Shown here one piece after another: positions 8,731 through 10,916 of a DNA stretch of 10,916 nucleotides. Numbering within the stretch: the stretch's first letter is position 1; every line of letters begins with the position of its first letter. The position numbers were made by a program, and so were the translations under genes. Origin of the DNA: Octopus sinensis (taxonomy: Eukaryota); assembly GCF_006345805.1 (NCBI RefSeq), contig NW_021827299.1:1-10916 (forward strand), written 5' to 3'. The notes below the pieces were generated by a model, which made no database searches, had not been told where the DNA came from, and saw only the letters and a program-made list of their open reading frames with translations.

Positions 8731-8804
8731 TATATATAATGTATATATATATATATATATACATGTATACATGTATGTACGTGTATATGTATATACATGT
8801 ATAT

Positions 8805-8869
<65 letters not shown>

Positions 8870-8872
8870 AAC

Positions 8873-8914
<42 letters not shown>

Positions 8915-9003
8915 ATATATAAATATAATAAACATATGTGTGTATATATATGGGTATTATATATAGATATATATATATATATATATACATACATATATAT
9001 ATG
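8731..9003. repeat. Compound (TA)n microsatellite
   Basis: Long TA tracts with TG/CA interruptions. This is the source of the YIYI ORFs. Confidence 0.96.
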
Positions 9004-9009
9004 TGGGTG

Positions 9010-9198
9010 CGAACCACTCACCCTAGATCGACAACCGGTGTTGCTTCGTTTATGTTAACGGTTCAATTAAAGAGAGCGACAGAGTAAGTACCAGACTTAA
9101 GAAATAAGTACTGGATCGATTTATTCGTCTTAACACTTCGAGGCACTGTTCGAGCATGTCCATAATCTAGTGACTGAAACAATTAAAATATAAAATAT
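9010..9198 (+). mobile_element. Diverged 3' half of a SINE that shares the AAGTACCAG..CTGG..TCGAT core
   Basis: GACAGAGTAAGTACCAGACTTAAGAAATAAGTACTGGATCGATTTATTCGTCTTAA resembles the core GATAAATTAAGTACCAG..ACTGGGGTCGATGTAATCGACTTAA of the other copies. It ends GACTGAAACAATTAAAATATAAAATA (A-rich tail). Confidence 0.65.
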
Positions 9199-9201
9199 TA
9201 A

Positions 9202-9208
9202 CTATCTA

Positions 9209-9243
<35 letters not shown>

Positions 9244-9480
9244 AATCTATCTGTCTATACATACATACATACATACATGCATGCAAACACACATACATAC
9301 ATACATACATACGTACATACATACATACATACATACATACATACATACATACATACATACATACATACTACGTACGTACGTACATACATACATACATACA
9401 TACGTACATACATACATACATATATACGTACGTACGTACGTACATACATACATACATACATACATGCATACATACATACA
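9202..9480. repeat. (CTAT)n then (CATA)n/(CGTA)n compound microsatellite
   Basis: CTAT units run to about 9257, followed by CATA units with CGTA variant clusters. Confidence 0.96.
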
Positions 9481-9888
9481 AAGGGTCTGCGTCGTTTGAC
9501 AATGAAGATTCTGTTCAAACTTCAAGTCAGTTATCTGCTCTTGAATTATCCATCCCATAGACATGTGCAGCCGACGTAATTCTAATATAGAACCAACGTG
9601 ACGGCGTGTGATAAGATGTACCTTTGAGTTATATGTACAATCCACCCGATAGGCTTCTACATAGGTTTTGTCCTCCTAGCTTTATTGAGATGGTAGGAGT
9701 CGGCTTCAGATTGGTAGAAACTAACATTTGCCTAACATACAACGGACCTCCAATTTGAGAAGCGAAATTCTTATCTGTTAGGCTCATTTCTTTGTGGACA
9801 TTCGTATATGCGCACGTCTTCGTATGTTGGTGTGTGTATGATAATTAACCCTGTTTATTGTATAGTCTTGTAGTACTATGTCTCCGAT

Positions 9889-9958
<70 letters not shown>

Positions 9959-9963
9959 GTCTG

Positions 9964-10002
<39 letters not shown>

Positions 10003-10036
10003 GCCTGTCTGTCTGTCTGTCTGTATGTCTGTCTAC

Positions 10037-10076
<40 letters not shown>

Positions 10077-10099
10077 ATCTGTCTATCTGTCTATCTGTA

Positions 10100-10181
<82 letters not shown>

Positions 10182-10200
10182 CCTGTATGTCTGTATGTCT
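9889..10200. repeat. (CTAT)n/(CTGT)n tetranucleotide array (GATA/GACA type)
   Basis: About 310 bp of CTAT with CTGT blocks. This is the source of the LSIY ORFs. Confidence 0.97.
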
Positions 10201-10236
10201 GTGTTTCTGTCTTGGTAGCTAGCTAGATGACTACCG

Positions 10237-10280
10237 ATCCATCCATCTATCCATCCATCCATTCGTCCGTCCGTCCGTCC
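10237..10280. repeat. (CCAT)n/(CCGT)n microsatellite
   Basis: ATCC units pass into GTCC units. Confidence 0.9.
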
Positions 10281-10353
10281 GTCCGTCGGACCGTCCATCC
10301 AACTTGCGAGATAACAGTTGATAAATTTATCACTATTTCTGTCTATATTTTAG

Positions 10354-10354
<1 letters not shown>

Positions 10355-10409
<55 letters not shown>

Positions 10410-10425
10410 GCACGCACGCACACAC
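10355..10425. repeat. (CA)n/(CACG)n microsatellite
   Basis: About 25 CA units followed by GCAC units. Confidence 0.95.
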
Positions 10426-10916
10426 GAATTCGTACATCGAGATATAGAAATACTCGAGTGTGTACGCGTGCGCACAAACACAAACATACCGTTACATTAG
10501 CAGCGTATGAATACCGTTATTCACGTCCTCACGCATCATATCTCAGGTTATGTTTTGTATTCAACCATTCAATATGTATAGTAAATAATGTTTAGAAGGA
10601 GTAATAATCCAAGCTGTGCCATAAAATTGTATCTTTGTCTAAGAAGTCACAGTTTAGAAGATTCTATATATGTCCTTTAAACGTGTATAACTATCATGAA
10701 TTTATTATATTAATAATATTATTGTAATGAGTAAGTGATAATTTATTTTATTCGTAATGTATCTCGTATATTGTAAGAAAATAGATGTATCATAGAATTA
10801 GAAATATATCAAATTTCTATTTCAGACGTATTTGTAAAAATGATAGGCGCTGCTATGAGAATTTAGAAACATTCATATATTTTATTGTAATTATGAAGGA
10901 GTGTATGAGGGACGTG

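Noticed and set aside
9645-9790. Possible very old minus-strand SINE head
   Set aside because: Only short words resemble a SINE I recall, and no recognisable A or B box survives. It is too weak to call without alignment.
8624-10595. YIYI, MYVC, LSIY and HTHT ORFs
   Set aside because: They are simple-repeat translations.
10560-10916. AT-rich terminal segment as a promoter or exon
   Set aside because: It has no ORF, convincing splice pattern or repeat structure, and TATA-like words are expected at this AT content.

Overview
This is a gene-free, repeat-saturated eukaryotic window, most likely from a coleoid cephalopod (Octopus-like). That assignment is an inference from the SINE families and the very high microsatellite load. 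About a third of the window is simple-sequence repeat, which produces nearly all the long ORFs in the track. The rest is a nested set of dead mobile elements: several tRNA-derived SINE copies (one complete, with a 19-bp target-site duplication), a heavily decayed R4/Dong-type RLE non-LTR retrotransposon (about 2265-3975, minus), two divergent Chapaev3-type (CMC) DNA transposase fragments (minus), probable LINE ORF1/gag remnants in convergent orientation, and a 75-bp palindromic mini-MITE with mariner-like ends. I see no intact host gene and no convincing new biological system. The best leads are the mini-MITE hairpin, the junctions between elements, and the modular SINE structure. All family names come from my own motif recognition, not from database searches.
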